DNA of 64,000 nucleotides from Candidatus Omnitrophota bacterium (GCA_023247795.1 JAHFFT010000001.1:2868-66867), one strand, 5' to 3'. Counted from the first letter of the stretch, positions 8,896 to 19,000 are shown. Made by a program: numbers and translations. The notes: a model not told the origin generated them from the sequence alone.

Positions 8896-11400
8896 TTATG
8901 CCCCTCTATTCAATTCCCCCAAACCGTTTAAGGCTCCCAAATGTCCTGGAACAATTTCCAAGGCTTTCATAAATCTTTGCTTTGCCGCACTTTTATCGCC
9001 CTTCTTCAAATCACACCAACCCAACGCGGTATAAGGATCGGCATAAATATCCTGCTCTTTATGCAGCTCGAGAAGTTGATTAAAATATCCGGCTGCCTTA
9101 TCATAATTTTTAGTGTAAAAGTAACTCCAGCCTAAATTATTCAATACCACACTCCATTTCAACCATCCGTCTTCCTTCTCCGGTTTCTTCGATAAGAGCG
9201 GTTCCAGTCGATCAATCGCCCCCTTATAATCACCCTGGATAAAATAGATCGCTCCTAAACCTAAAGAAGCGCTTTCCGAGGTTGGCTCCTTCGCTAATAC
9301 TTTTGCAAATGATTCGGAAGCCTTCTTATAAATGCCCTGATAATAATAACTCCATCCTAACCGGCTATAAAGATCAAACCAGCCCTTTTCTGCGGCAAGG
9401 ATCTTTTGAAAATCCTCCGTCATTACATAATCCGGATAAATGTCGATGGCTTTCGCAAAGGCTTCTTTAGCAGGATCCAAGTTTTTAACTTGATACTGAC
9501 TTAACCCCAAACCATAATAAGGATCGACCCAATAGGGGTTGATATCAATGGCCATTTGAAAGCTTTCCGCGGCCTTAGCGTAATCTTTGATCTTATAAGA
9601 ACTCCAAGCTAAAGCGGTCAAGGCGGAATAATTTTTTGGGCTTTCTGCCACGGCTTTCTCTAAATATTCTTTAGCGCCGACATAATCTTTCCTTTGAAAT
9701 AAAATATTGCCTAAACCACTCAGGGCATCGAGATTTTTAGGATATTCCGCCAATAATTCTCGGAATTCTTTCTCCGCACTATCCTCTTCCCCTAAACGAT
9801 AGTAACACCAACCGATCCCTCCCCGCATGGCCAAGGCCTTATCTTGCGGAATATTTTTACCAGCATTTTGCAGGTCATATTTAAATTGCTTCAAGGCCGA
9901 AAAATAATCTCCTTGATAATAATAACTCCAGCCCAAATCGGTCCGCCCATATTTGGCTTGATCAACGGCCAGCAAACCATTTAAGGCATCCGCATAGCTT
10001 GGATTGAGAGCGAGCACGGCTTTAAATTCTGATTCCGCATCATCAACCTTTTTCAACATATAATACGACCATGCCAATCCATCATGCGGATCAATCCAAT
10101 TAGGCTGATTCGTAACCGCCTTTTTAAACTCTTGTGCTGCTTCACTGTATTGTCCCAGTTTATAATCCGCCCACGCCAGGCTTGACTGGGCATCGCTTTG
10201 CACTAAATAGCTGGCAATGGTCCCGGGGATTTGGACATATTCGCTCACCGCCGGTAAAGTCGGATTCTCCTTTAACGATTGCTTAAAATATTTTGCAGCA
10301 TCTTCAAATTGACCCAATTTATAAGCGGCATAACCCAAACCCCTTAAGGTTTCGCCATTCTTTCCTAAAACTTTAGAAGCCTCATCAAATTCTTGGGCCG
10401 CGAGTTGAAAATACCCTTGTTGATAATAACTCCATCCAACCACATTATAGAGATCTTGCCAATCCGTCTGAATTTTGAGAACATTCTTAAATTGTTCATC
10501 GGCGACAAAAGGATAAATGTTGATGGCCGTCGTAAAATACTCCTTTGCCTTCGGGAAATCCTTCAAATCAAAATACGTCCAGGCCAAACCTTTATAAGGT
10601 TCAACCAAATAGGGGTTCAATTGTCGGGCCTTCTCAAACTCTGCTTTTGCCCTCTCAAAATCAGATTTGCGATTATAAATCCACCCGATCTTGCTTTGCA
10701 CATCCGGTTGATAAGCTTGAACATCAAGCGCTTTCTGCAAAAAAACCAAGGCCTGATCAAAATCATTCATCTCAAAATACGAAAAACCTATTCCTTTGAT
10801 GGCATCAAAACTATCCTTTTGCAGACTCAACACTTGCTCAAAATTATGAATGGCTTCCTGGTATTGCTTGTTGAAATGATACGACCATGCCAATCCAGTG
10901 TGAACCCTCCACAATTCTATATTCGGTAAACGTCCACTGGTATCAGCAACAATGGCTTCAAAGATAGTAATCGCCTTGCTATAATTCCCGGCATAATAAT
11001 ATTGCCAAGCACGATTAAAAGGGCGATAACGCCAAGCACTCACTTCTGCCATCCCGTTCAGGGAACCGGGGAAATATGGATAAATTTGTAGACATTTTTT
11101 AAAATTCTCTTCCGCAGTAACAAATTCGCCTTTTTGTAAATAATTCCATCCTAACCCATCATAGGGATCACACCAATCCGTGTGCTCCTGAACTTCTTTC
11201 TGAAATACCCCAATCGCTTGATCATATTGTTTATCATAATAAAGATCCCAAGCCTCTTGGGAAACGGTGGGCTCTTCCTTTTTATTGTTTTCCTCAGCCA
11301 CGGCCTTTTGAACATTGATGAAAACATTGATCAAAACAAAGATCGTCACAACGACAAAACATAACATCGTTTTACAGCTCATTAATTTTTTTAAACGCAT
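8896..11400 (-). CDS. Large TPR-repeat protein (834 aa) with an N-terminal signal/anchor
   Basis: Hydrophobic N-terminus (TMLCFVVVTIFVLINVFINV), then more than 20 TPR-like units with recurring GW(S/C)YY/GLG/A...NP motifs. The plus-strand ORFs inside it are antisense artefacts. Confidence 0.8.
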   Translation of the reverse strand: MRLKKLMSCKTMLCFVVVTIFVLINVFINVQKAVAEENNKKEEPTVSQEAWDLYYDKQYDQAIGVFQKEVQEHTDWCDPYDGLGWNYLQKGEFVTAEENFKKCLQIYPYFPGSLNGMAEVSAWRYRPFNRAWQYYYAGNYSKAITIFEAIVADTSGRLPNIELWRVHTGLAWSYHFNKQYQEAIHNFEQVLSLQKDSFDAIKGIGFSYFEMNDFDQALVFLQKALDVQAYQPDVQSKIGWIYNRKSDFERAKAEFEKARQLNPYLVEPYKGLAWTYFDLKDFPKAKEYFTTAINIYPFVADEQFKNVLKIQTDWQDLYNVVGWSYYQQGYFQLAAQEFDEASKVLGKNGETLRGLGYAAYKLGQFEDAAKYFKQSLKENPTLPAVSEYVQIPGTIASYLVQSDAQSSLAWADYKLGQYSEAAQEFKKAVTNQPNWIDPHDGLAWSYYMLKKVDDAESEFKAVLALNPSYADALNGLLAVDQAKYGRTDLGWSYYYQGDYFSALKQFKYDLQNAGKNIPQDKALAMRGGIGWCYYRLGEEDSAEKEFRELLAEYPKNLDALSGLGNILFQRKDYVGAKEYLEKAVAESPKNYSALTALAWSSYKIKDYAKAAESFQMAIDINPYWVDPYYGLGLSQYQVKNLDPAKEAFAKAIDIYPDYVMTEDFQKILAAEKGWFDLYSRLGWSYYYQGIYKKASESFAKVLAKEPTSESASLGLGAIYFIQGDYKGAIDRLEPLLSKKPEKEDGWLKWSVVLNNLGWSYFYTKNYDKAAGYFNQLLELHKEQDIYADPYTALGWCDLKKGDKSAAKQRFMKALEIVPGHLGALNGLGELNRGA

Positions 11401-11489
11401 ACTCTCCTCCTATGTTAATCTAAATCTGTTAAATAACTGCTCAAAATAGTTATCCTTGACAACAATGATCGTACGGGAAGTTTTTGTTC

Positions 11490-12611
11490 TTATAAAGAAT
11501 TGGTCTTTTGATCGACTTGCTCAAGTCCGGTGAGAGAACTCTTATACGAAGGAGTAAGAGCTAAGGCTTTATTGAACATCACTCGAGCAGCTTTCATACG
11601 TCTACGACTCGTTTTATTTTTTCCTTTGGCGGTCTTATCATTATCCCAGTAAAGATACGACCAACCGATCTTATCGTAAATTTCAGCATTTCTTTCATAC
11701 TTCAAAGCCTGTTTATAAATCCCTATGGCTTCTTGATATCGCTTTAAAGAAAACAAGCAATCTGCCCATTTGATTCGGGCGTCATTCCATTGCGGCTTCA
11801 GCCGAGTGGCCATTCGAAACTCTTTTAAGGCCTTTCCAAAATCCTGACGGCTAAAATTAAGATAACCTAATGCCCGATGAGCTTCCGGCTCAGTTTTAAC
11901 ATGCACGCCCCTTTGATATCGCATCCCTTTAACTAAGGCCCGCTGGAGATATTTTTCGGCAATCTCAACTTCTCCCTTTCGAAAATAACACCAACCCAGA
12001 CCTGCATAGGCATCAGAAGAATTAGAATCTATACTCAACGCTTGTTCAAAATAGTTAATGGCTTGGGCCCAATCTGATTTTTTAAAATTTGCCCAACCTC
12101 TCCCGGTATAAGCATCAACGACCTTAGGATCCACTAAAACCAAATCGCCAAACGTTTTGCTGGCACTCTCATAATCACCTTTACCAAAATAGGCCCACCC
12201 TAGCAAAGTCAAGGCCTCTGAACTCAAGGGATTCTGTCTCACTGCTTTCTCAAAATATTCAATGGCTTTCTCGTGATTGTTAACCGATAAATAATACGAC
12301 CCTTCTGAGGCATAACCTTTGCCTCGACGATCTCCGGTGGAAGTAAAAATGGGTTCTTCTCCTACATTAACAACGGTCATCGCCATTTCAACGGGCTTTG
12401 TTCCTATTTCATAAAGTGACTTAAAAAGTTCCGGTACCTGCTTGACATTCGTCATAGACTTCGCAACATCAACCGGTAGCTTCGCGATTCCCACAACCTC
12501 CTCTTTGACCAGTTTCGGCACTTTTTTAACGGTGGCAGCACAGCCGGTCATCATTCCTCCAGCCAGCAGCAGGGTGATGAATTGCAAACATGGGTATGAG
12601 GAAATTTTCAT
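11490..12611 (-). CDS. TPR-repeat lipoprotein
   Basis: Lipobox (LLAGGMMTG-C) after a signal peptide, then about 7 TPR units (LGWAYFGKGDY, RGWANFKKSDW, LGWCYFRKGEV). Confidence 0.75.
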   Translation of the reverse strand: MKISSYPCLQFITLLLAGGMMTGCAATVKKVPKLVKEEVVGIAKLPVDVAKSMTNVKQVPELFKSLYEIGTKPVEMAMTVVNVGEEPIFTSTGDRRGKGYASEGSYYLSVNNHEKAIEYFEKAVRQNPLSSEALTLLGWAYFGKGDYESASKTFGDLVLVDPKVVDAYTGRGWANFKKSDWAQAINYFEQALSIDSNSSDAYAGLGWCYFRKGEVEIAEKYLQRALVKGMRYQRGVHVKTEPEAHRALGYLNFSRQDFGKALKEFRMATRLKPQWNDARIKWADCLFSLKRYQEAIGIYKQALKYERNAEIYDKIGWSYLYWDNDKTAKGKNKTSRRRMKAARVMFNKALALTPSYKSSLTGLEQVDQKTNSL

Positions 12612-12628
12612 CGTAAGCCGTTCCTTCT

Positions 12629-14269
12629 TTAAAACTCGATATCCAAACCAAATTCCACTTGATAGGCGCCATCGGCCTCGCCATCCCGTCGAGGAGTAGG
12701 CGCGAATATGTTATTGGCGGCAGTATCGGCGCGGGTTTCCTTATAATAATCTCCCGGGAAAAAATATCCTGACAAAATACTAAACTTTATGGCTTTGGTG
12801 ATTTGATAACTAGCAAAGACATCCAATTCCTGGCCCAAGTCTTTTGAAAAAGTTTTTAAATTCCCATTGCCATCCAGACCCCATCCCGGTTCTTTTGAAC
12901 GCAAATACCAATAATCCACGCCGATATACCATTTTTCAAGTGGGGTATAATCAAATCCAACGGTCGAAGCAATCAAATTTTCAAACATGAAAGGGTCACC
13001 AAAGGTCCCGGGACGAGCGACGCCAAAATTGACCGCGTATCCGCCTGCCATTGCCACATAAGGACCAAACTGTTTCTGATAATGCGTATCGGTTAAATTG
13101 GTGTTTAATGGGGAAAAAACACTGAAGGCCTCATTTTCATTACTGGTGAGGGTAAGTTCATTATAATTCTGCGCGTTGAATCGGTTACCGGAGGCCATAA
13201 AAAATTTCGTCTTCGGTTTGAACGCCCCCAAATCATAACTGGCATCCGCAACCAAAAGATAACCTTTATGTTCGATATCATTTTGTGCCGTGTTGATGGC
13301 CTTCGCCTTTCCCAAATTTTGGTCCCCTTCAAACCCAAGATTCAGACGGTCAAAATTCAGTTTTAAATAAGCCCCTGGTGTCACAAGATCTTCGTTTTTC
13401 ACACGGGTGCTGAATCGACTTGCACGCGCACCTTCTGGTGTTCGATCCCTCAGCCAGCCGGTATAAAGTTGTAACCGTTGTTTACCCAATTTGAATGTCG
13501 TATCCGCCGTATAAAAGTAAGCATTGGTGTCATTCCAATCATTGACCTTCTCATGATCAATGACTTTTCCTAAATGAATACGATTATTCAGATCTTCTTT
13601 TTCCCAGTGGACATTCCAATCGAGTGATTCATTAACTCCAGAAAGGGTTAGCCCATAATTTTCATATTTTCCACCCAAGGCAATGTTATGACCAAGATCG
13701 CGTCCGTAAGGATACAGACCAAATTTGAAATTGACATCTTTCGTTGAATTCACCGGAACTTCCAGCCAGGTTTCTCTTAATCGAGGATATAAATCTGAGT
13801 TTTGGTACCAATGATACCGTCCAAATAAAGAGTTGATGCCACGGCTCCCATAAAGCGGGGCATCATAATCGGCGCGCCCCCTTCTTTCTACAAAAGAATA
13901 AAACTCAAGGCCGGAAAGATGGCGGAGATCAAAAGTAAAGTCATAAGCTAACCCAAGATAACTGGTCTTATCATTGTTATTCGCTAAATCAAGATCAACC
14001 GTATTGTTCACTAAATTATAAGACGTACGCAGGTGCGCTCCGGAATGAAATTTCCAATTTGATTCATCCAATAAAAAAGGATGTTTCTCAACATCCAAAT
14101 CTTTAACGTCTTTAAAATAACTCTGAGCATATATAGAGGAAGGCAGGGCAAATAAGGAAAGGAAAATAAAAATATTGACGAAAGGCTGAAGGAAAACTTT
14201 TTTACTTTTTTTGTTTTTACAAGTCATTCTCAAAGATTGTTGAGATTCAAATTTTATAACATCTCGCAA
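12629..14269 (-). CDS. Outer-membrane beta-barrel protein (porin/export-channel-like), putative
   Basis: Signal peptide (probable start MTCKNKKSKK...FALPSSIYAQS), alternating amphipathic strands rich in Y/G/N/D, and a C-terminal ...YQVEFGLDIEF ending in Phe, typical of BAM-targeted OMPs. It lies 17 bp upstream of the TPR lipoprotein on the same strand. Confidence 0.55.
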   Translation of the reverse strand: MRDVIKFESQQSLRMTCKNKKSKKVFLQPFVNIFIFLSLFALPSSIYAQSYFKDVKDLDVEKHPFLLDESNWKFHSGAHLRTSYNLVNNTVDLDLANNNDKTSYLGLAYDFTFDLRHLSGLEFYSFVERRGRADYDAPLYGSRGINSLFGRYHWYQNSDLYPRLRETWLEVPVNSTKDVNFKFGLYPYGRDLGHNIALGGKYENYGLTLSGVNESLDWNVHWEKEDLNNRIHLGKVIDHEKVNDWNDTNAYFYTADTTFKLGKQRLQLYTGWLRDRTPEGARASRFSTRVKNEDLVTPGAYLKLNFDRLNLGFEGDQNLGKAKAINTAQNDIEHKGYLLVADASYDLGAFKPKTKFFMASGNRFNAQNYNELTLTSNENEAFSVFSPLNTNLTDTHYQKQFGPYVAMAGGYAVNFGVARPGTFGDPFMFENLIASTVGFDYTPLEKWYIGVDYWYLRSKEPGWGLDGNGNLKTFSKDLGQELDVFASYQITKAIKFSILSGYFFPGDYYKETRADTAANNIFAPTPRRDGEADGAYQVEFGLDIEF

Positions 14270-14430
14270 ACATTTTTTATCCTAAGCATTTTTCGTTTCA
14301 ATTGCAAGTTTTTTTTAAATTTTTTGTGGGACAGGCCAAAAATCCCGGGTATCAGGGATAAAAGATGTTGCTGGTAAAAGTCGTAAATCCTTTTTCTCGT
14401 CGAATGTATTATAAAAATTTTTACTCTCAC

Positions 14431-14516
14431 ATAGCAAACGGATTTGCTATGTCCAAAAAATTTATCCTAGAAGTCGGCTGGAAGAATTCCTCGCAGCTAG
14501 CTGCGAGGAATTCGCT
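14431..14516. repeat. Two strong palindromes in a 408-bp intergenic region: atagcaaacggatttgctat and gaattcctcgcagctagctgcgaggaattc
   Basis: The second is a perfect 14-bp-arm inverted repeat with the CCTCGCAGC..GCTGCGAGG core, also seen at 1772-1797 and 41068-41087. Confidence 0.6.
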
Positions 14517-14606
14517 CGAGTAAAAACTGAAGATCAGAGGTATCGTGGTTTAACAGCAAGGATAAAATTCAATACTTAACTCAAGTCTCATGTCTCATCT
14601 CATATC

Positions 14607-14632
14607 GCAGGTCGCAAGTCATTTGTAACTTG
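14607..14632. repeat. CAAGT/ACTTG hairpin element (gtcgcaagt-catttgta-acttgcgac)
   Basis: Perfect 9-bp stem. Related CAAGT-rich hairpins occur at 22452-22497 and 50067-50097. It lies just 3' of the 14678-15778 gene on the minus strand, so it is a possible terminator. Confidence 0.5.
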
Positions 14633-14677
14633 CGACTTGGTACCTGGGACTTGTTACTTTGTCACTTCGCCGTGATG

Positions 14678-15778
14678 TTAATTGGGTCGCGGACCATCAC
14701 TGCCAAGGCCGCCCGGCTGACCACCAACATGATTGGCGTTATTCAGACCCGCGCCGCCCAGACCAGGTCTTTGCGTACCCTGACTTGATAATACCCCAGG
14801 CTTCGGCATGACAGGACCGACAGGCCGATTGCCATTTAACTCTTGATGGCCGGCTCCTTGCCCTTCCATTTGGGGAGATTGGTCGGACTGCATATTCCGC
14901 ATTTGACCTTGTTCTTCTTGACTATGCTCTTGCATCGCTCCCTTCGGTGCTTCATGTTGTACTTTTATCCCTCGCATTTTCTCATACTCGCTTTTCATTT
15001 GTTCTCGACGATCTTGCTGCTCTTCATGAGACGCTTGCATTTTCTCTTGATGCTGCTCTTTCATTTCCTGCAGCTGTTCATGCTCAGCATCCATCTGCTC
15101 TCGATACTCCTGTTGCTCTTCACGAACCGCTTGCATTTTCTCTTGATGCTGCTCTTTCATTTCCTGCAGCTGTTCATGTTGCGCCTTCATTTCTTCTCGC
15201 TGTTGCTGAAATTGTTCTTTATAAGCCTCTGCGCGTTCCGAATTAGCTAACGGCGGTTTTTGGTTAGGCCCGCTTATCAGTGGTCTATTCATTTCGCCCA
15301 TTGAAGCATTGGGACGAGAACCTTCTTGCTGATCACCCATAGGGCCATTATCACGTTGCCCCATCTGATCAGGTTGATTCATTGGTTGCTGCGAACCTTG
15401 ACGGTCATTATCTGTTCGTGGACCAACCTGAGAATTGCCTTGTTCACCTTGCTGCGCACCCGATTGCGGACGATTTTGTTCTCCACCCATACGATTGCCC
15501 TGAGATCCACCCTGGCCTTGCATTCCCGATCCGTTGGGCCGATCGTTATTCATACCAGGATCTCCTCTTTGGCCTCCTGGACCGCCAGAACCACCAGGTC
15601 CACCTGCTCCGCCTTGACCACCTTGATGTCCAGCGTTCATACCCTGTCCCGGACCGCCATGTCCACCTGGACCTCCAGCTCCCGGACCACCACCCGGCCG
15701 CGGCCCTTGCTGGGCGAAAACCACACCCGAAAGCGCTAAGCAAAAAATTCCAATCAAAGCCATGATTCTCATTTTCAT
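14678..15778 (-). CDS. Secreted low-complexity Gly/Gln/Pro/Met-rich protein with a tandem coiled-coil repeat
   Basis: Signal peptide MKMRIMALIGIFCLALSGVVFAQQ; long GGPG/QGG/MNxxxQ low-complexity tracts. The centre carries two copies of EQLQEMKEQHQEKMQA within 33-aa repeats. The plus-strand ORFs 14843-15250, 15326-15739 and others are antisense artefacts of the repeat. Confidence 0.6.
   Translation of the reverse strand: MKMRIMALIGIFCLALSGVVFAQQGPRPGGGPGAGGPGGHGGPGQGMNAGHQGGQGGAGGPGGSGGPGGQRGDPGMNNDRPNGSGMQGQGGSQGNRMGGEQNRPQSGAQQGEQGNSQVGPRTDNDRQGSQQPMNQPDQMGQRDNGPMGDQQEGSRPNASMGEMNRPLISGPNQKPPLANSERAEAYKEQFQQQREEMKAQHEQLQEMKEQHQEKMQAVREEQQEYREQMDAEHEQLQEMKEQHQEKMQASHEEQQDRREQMKSEYEKMRGIKVQHEAPKGAMQEHSQEEQGQMRNMQSDQSPQMEGQGAGHQELNGNRPVGPVMPKPGVLSSQGTQRPGLGGAGLNNANHVGGQPGGLGSDGPRPN
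15020..15220. repeat. Two tandem copies of a ~99-bp unit inside the Gly/Gln-rich gene
   Basis: Near-identical units gctcttca[tc]ga[ga]c[cg]cttgcattttctcttgatgctgctctttcatttcctgcagctgttcatg... are directly visible in the sequence. Confidence 0.7.
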
Positions 15779-15807
15779 TGTTTGTTCCTTTCCTTAATAT
15801 TAAACGC

Positions 15808-15845
15808 CTGTTCAATAAAAAAACCTATTCCCCAAAGAGAATAGG
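15808..15845 (-). terminator. Putative intrinsic terminator (hairpin cctattc-N8-gaatagg followed by a T7 run on the minus strand)
   Basis: Plus strand reads aaaaaaacctattccccaaagagaataggctt; on the minus strand the stem-loop is followed by TTTTTTT. It lies about 175 nt after the stop of the 2093-aa gene. Confidence 0.35.
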
Positions 15846-16018
15846 CTTAATTCAAAACACTTGATTCGGTAATCAGGCTATCCTCTCTTAAAGGACCCTT
15901 GACTTTGCGCCCCACTGTTACCAGTGGTTTGCCTTTTCGTCAGACCCGCGAATTGTTAAAGAACATTTTAAATATAAAATATTTTGCCGGTAAAAATCAA
16001 GTGACAAAAAAATATTTC

Positions 16019-19000
16019 CTAAAATTCTTGTAAAGACTTAACTCTTTTTGTTTCTTGATGATAGCTCAATTGCTCTTCGTTCGGTGGAACCGTTTTCCCG
16101 ATCAGAGCTGGTAAATTGGTCACAGGCTTGATCTCCATGATGATCGGCAGAAAGCCATCAAATTGTAAATTTTTAATCTGCTCCGGATCAAAATCAAACT
16201 TGATTGCTGGCCCTTCATTTTGAATCATCAGCTCCAAATTTTCCGGATTCAAGTCGATACCACCAACCTCCGATGAAGCATTTTGCGGAGCAATGGTAAT
16301 CGCCGACACCTGTGGATTATTTGTATTACCTAGAAAAAAGGAATCCTTCATCCCCGGAGCTAATACCAAATTTTGGTCTAATAAATCAAGATCATTGCTG
16401 TCTCCGTTTTCTTTCTTAACTTGATTTTTAGCAATGTCCCAGACCCCGCCAAACCCAAAATCGAAAGCCTTGCCAGCCCACCCAGGGTATCGAGCAAAAT
16501 CAATCTGAACAGCATTATCTTCTGCCATAACCGGCTTTCCAGTCTCTGGATCTCTGACCATCACTTTTCCCGTGGGATCAAAATAAAGTCCTAAATCCAA
16601 ATGCCAATTGACAATTTCTTGCGCGGTCTGCCGACTTTCACCGTTTGTTACCGCAAATGCCTTGGATTCAATCAACTGATTGATTTGGGCGGAAGCACTT
16701 TCTGACAAATCATGAGCGCTTTCAGAACGAGGCTTGGCATACCAAGATCTTTGAATCTCACCGGTTTCCGGGTCAAAGAGGGCCATGACCGCCTCCTGCC
16801 TTTTCCATTTGTATTGACCGGTAACGGTCGAATAAGTATCACTGCTGTAATAAAGTTCCATCCGATTATCACGCGAAGCCAAAACATAAATACGGTCGTG
16901 CATAAAAAACGCTTGATGGAACAGAAACAAATTGGGTTTACCTTCGGTTGTATTTTGACGGTTCTGCCTGACATATCTGGCAAATGCCTCTTTTGTGGGA
17001 GCATCCTTCGCGTTGATCACCTTGAATGAGTAATCCCCGCTGTTCACTTCGCCGATGACGCGATCTTCATCCCTGCGCCATTGAGCTTTTTTGTTTTTCT
17101 TGATCAGAAGTCTCTTGACCCGCCCCAATTCAACCGCCTTGGAAAATTTATAGCTCCGATATTTGTAGATCAATTCCGAAATGACGTATTTGAGATCCAC
17201 CACCTTCTCTGCCTTCTCAAATTGATAAACCAAAACGAGGTAATGCGTGATCAAAGCAAGAATATCGGCCTGATCACCCTCAGTTTTTACACCGAGTTCT
17301 TTGTCAACATCACGGATAAAATCCTGATCAATATACTCAGCCAGTTTTAGAATCCCATCTTTATCTTTCCCTAAAAAATATTTTTTCATCTCATCATTAA
17401 CTTCGATCGCCATTATTGTGTTCAACCGTTCTATTCTCCTTTCAAGCTTTAGTATTTCCTCTTGACCAAAATTTTCCTTTAACTGTAATTTTAGTAGCAC
17501 TAATTCATGCCTTCGTTCCGCGTTAGTCATTAATATGCTGCGGACTGGCACTTGAGTAAATTTGTGATACCCATTCGCCGTTAGGACCGGTGCTAAACGA
17601 TTCGCCTGAGCAAAAAAGTCAGCCCGATCTGACGGGTTTGTTGTAAGAACGATATCCAAGGCCAAAGCAATGAGATTGAGAATATTCCGGTAGCGGTCTG
17701 GATCAGATTGAAAAATCTTAGCCAAAGGAAAATCGACATCTAACTTGAAACGATTTCTTTCTTTTTCATCATTTTGGACAACAATCTTTAAAACGTTGCC
17801 GGGGCTGCGCTTTTTTATCGTTTTCTTGATTCGATCTCGATCGATATCCGCTTTCGTGATCTCATTGATCGCCATGGTTCCTTCTGTTCCAGCGGTCCCC
17901 TCGATTTCATCCTCGAATGCTTCAGGAACAGGTACGAGAGGGATATCCGACTTGGATTCTTTATGGCCTTCGACAATGGCAGCAATCGTTTGCTGTTGAA
18001 AATCTGTGAGATCTTCATCAACACCTGGTTTCGGTGTTCGAACAGGAAACCCTTTGCCAATCTCGGCCAAGACGGGTTTCAATTCACTCCATTCCTTAAT
18101 AGGCAATTTAGTAAATCGAGAACTTTCTCTCAATAAAACCAACCGCGAATAAATCCTGCCGACATGGCTTTCTGGTTCCAGTTCATCCAGTTCATGCAGA
18201 TCGATGGCTTCCAGCAACTCCGCGATATCATCCCTCGTTGCCTCAATCCTTTCCAAGTCACTCGCCACCGTCTGGCGAAAATACTCCATGACAACCTCTG
18301 ACGATTCCAAAATTTTTTTCATAGCGAACATCGCTTCTTCATCATCCATTTGATCACGGACCGAATTCATCCCTCTCGCGAAATAGCGAGTACATACCTC
18401 TGGTTCTCTTTCAAATTTCCCCAAAATCTTCGCAATCAACCCCTCACGTAATGCTGCTGCTAATTTTTGCACGTTCACACTGAATTTATTTTCCCTTCGA
18501 ATCATATCAAATGTTATAAGCTGACTGGCCGTAAGCTCTTGCTGACCTTTCCCACGTAAAATCTTGACCGCTTGCGGCAATTGCTTTTGTTGCGTTAGAA
18601 TGACGGCTAAAATCAATCGCTTTTGATCATCGGTCAATTGCGCGCTTTCTTTGATTCGCTTTTTTTCATCCAAATAATCCTGATTGGCATCAGCGACCAG
18701 GAACTTAACCGCGCGTTGCAAATATTCTGGCATTGCCTTGAGCATTTTATTATTTTGTAAAACATATCTTTGGTTTCCAGAATCGGGATCAAAAATTCTT
18801 CCGCAGCGCGTTGCGATGATTTTAAAAGGATACGAATCCCCGACCGAATCGTTATGAGTGGGTTCAAAATCAATCTTGCCCTCATCATCAATTCGACCTT
18901 CCAGCATCGTGGGCGTATACTCACTATGCATCGCCTCGGTTATCAAAACCTTTTCAACGGATTGATGGAACCGGCTTCTTTGATTTATCGCCAAGCTTTG

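Noticed and set aside
10393-10929. 178-aa plus-strand ORF, and others, inside the 834-aa TPR gene
   Set aside because: Antisense of a repeat-rich coding region. It has Leu/Ile/Lys-rich low-complexity composition typical of shadow ORFs.
14843-15815. Several 100-137-aa plus-strand and minus-strand alternative-frame ORFs over the Gly/Gln-rich gene
   Set aside because: They are generated by the low-complexity or tandem-repeat sequence. The signal-peptide-bearing frame is the only one with gene-like features.
16019-16195. C-terminal module as a known sorting signal (T9SS CTD, PEP-CTERM, LPXTG, RTX/T1SS)
   Set aside because: It has no PEP or LPXTG motif, no C-terminal TM plus basic tail, and no GGxGxD nonapeptide repeats. 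It is also shorter than T9SS CTDs and has no recognisable motifs. It is kept as a novel module instead.
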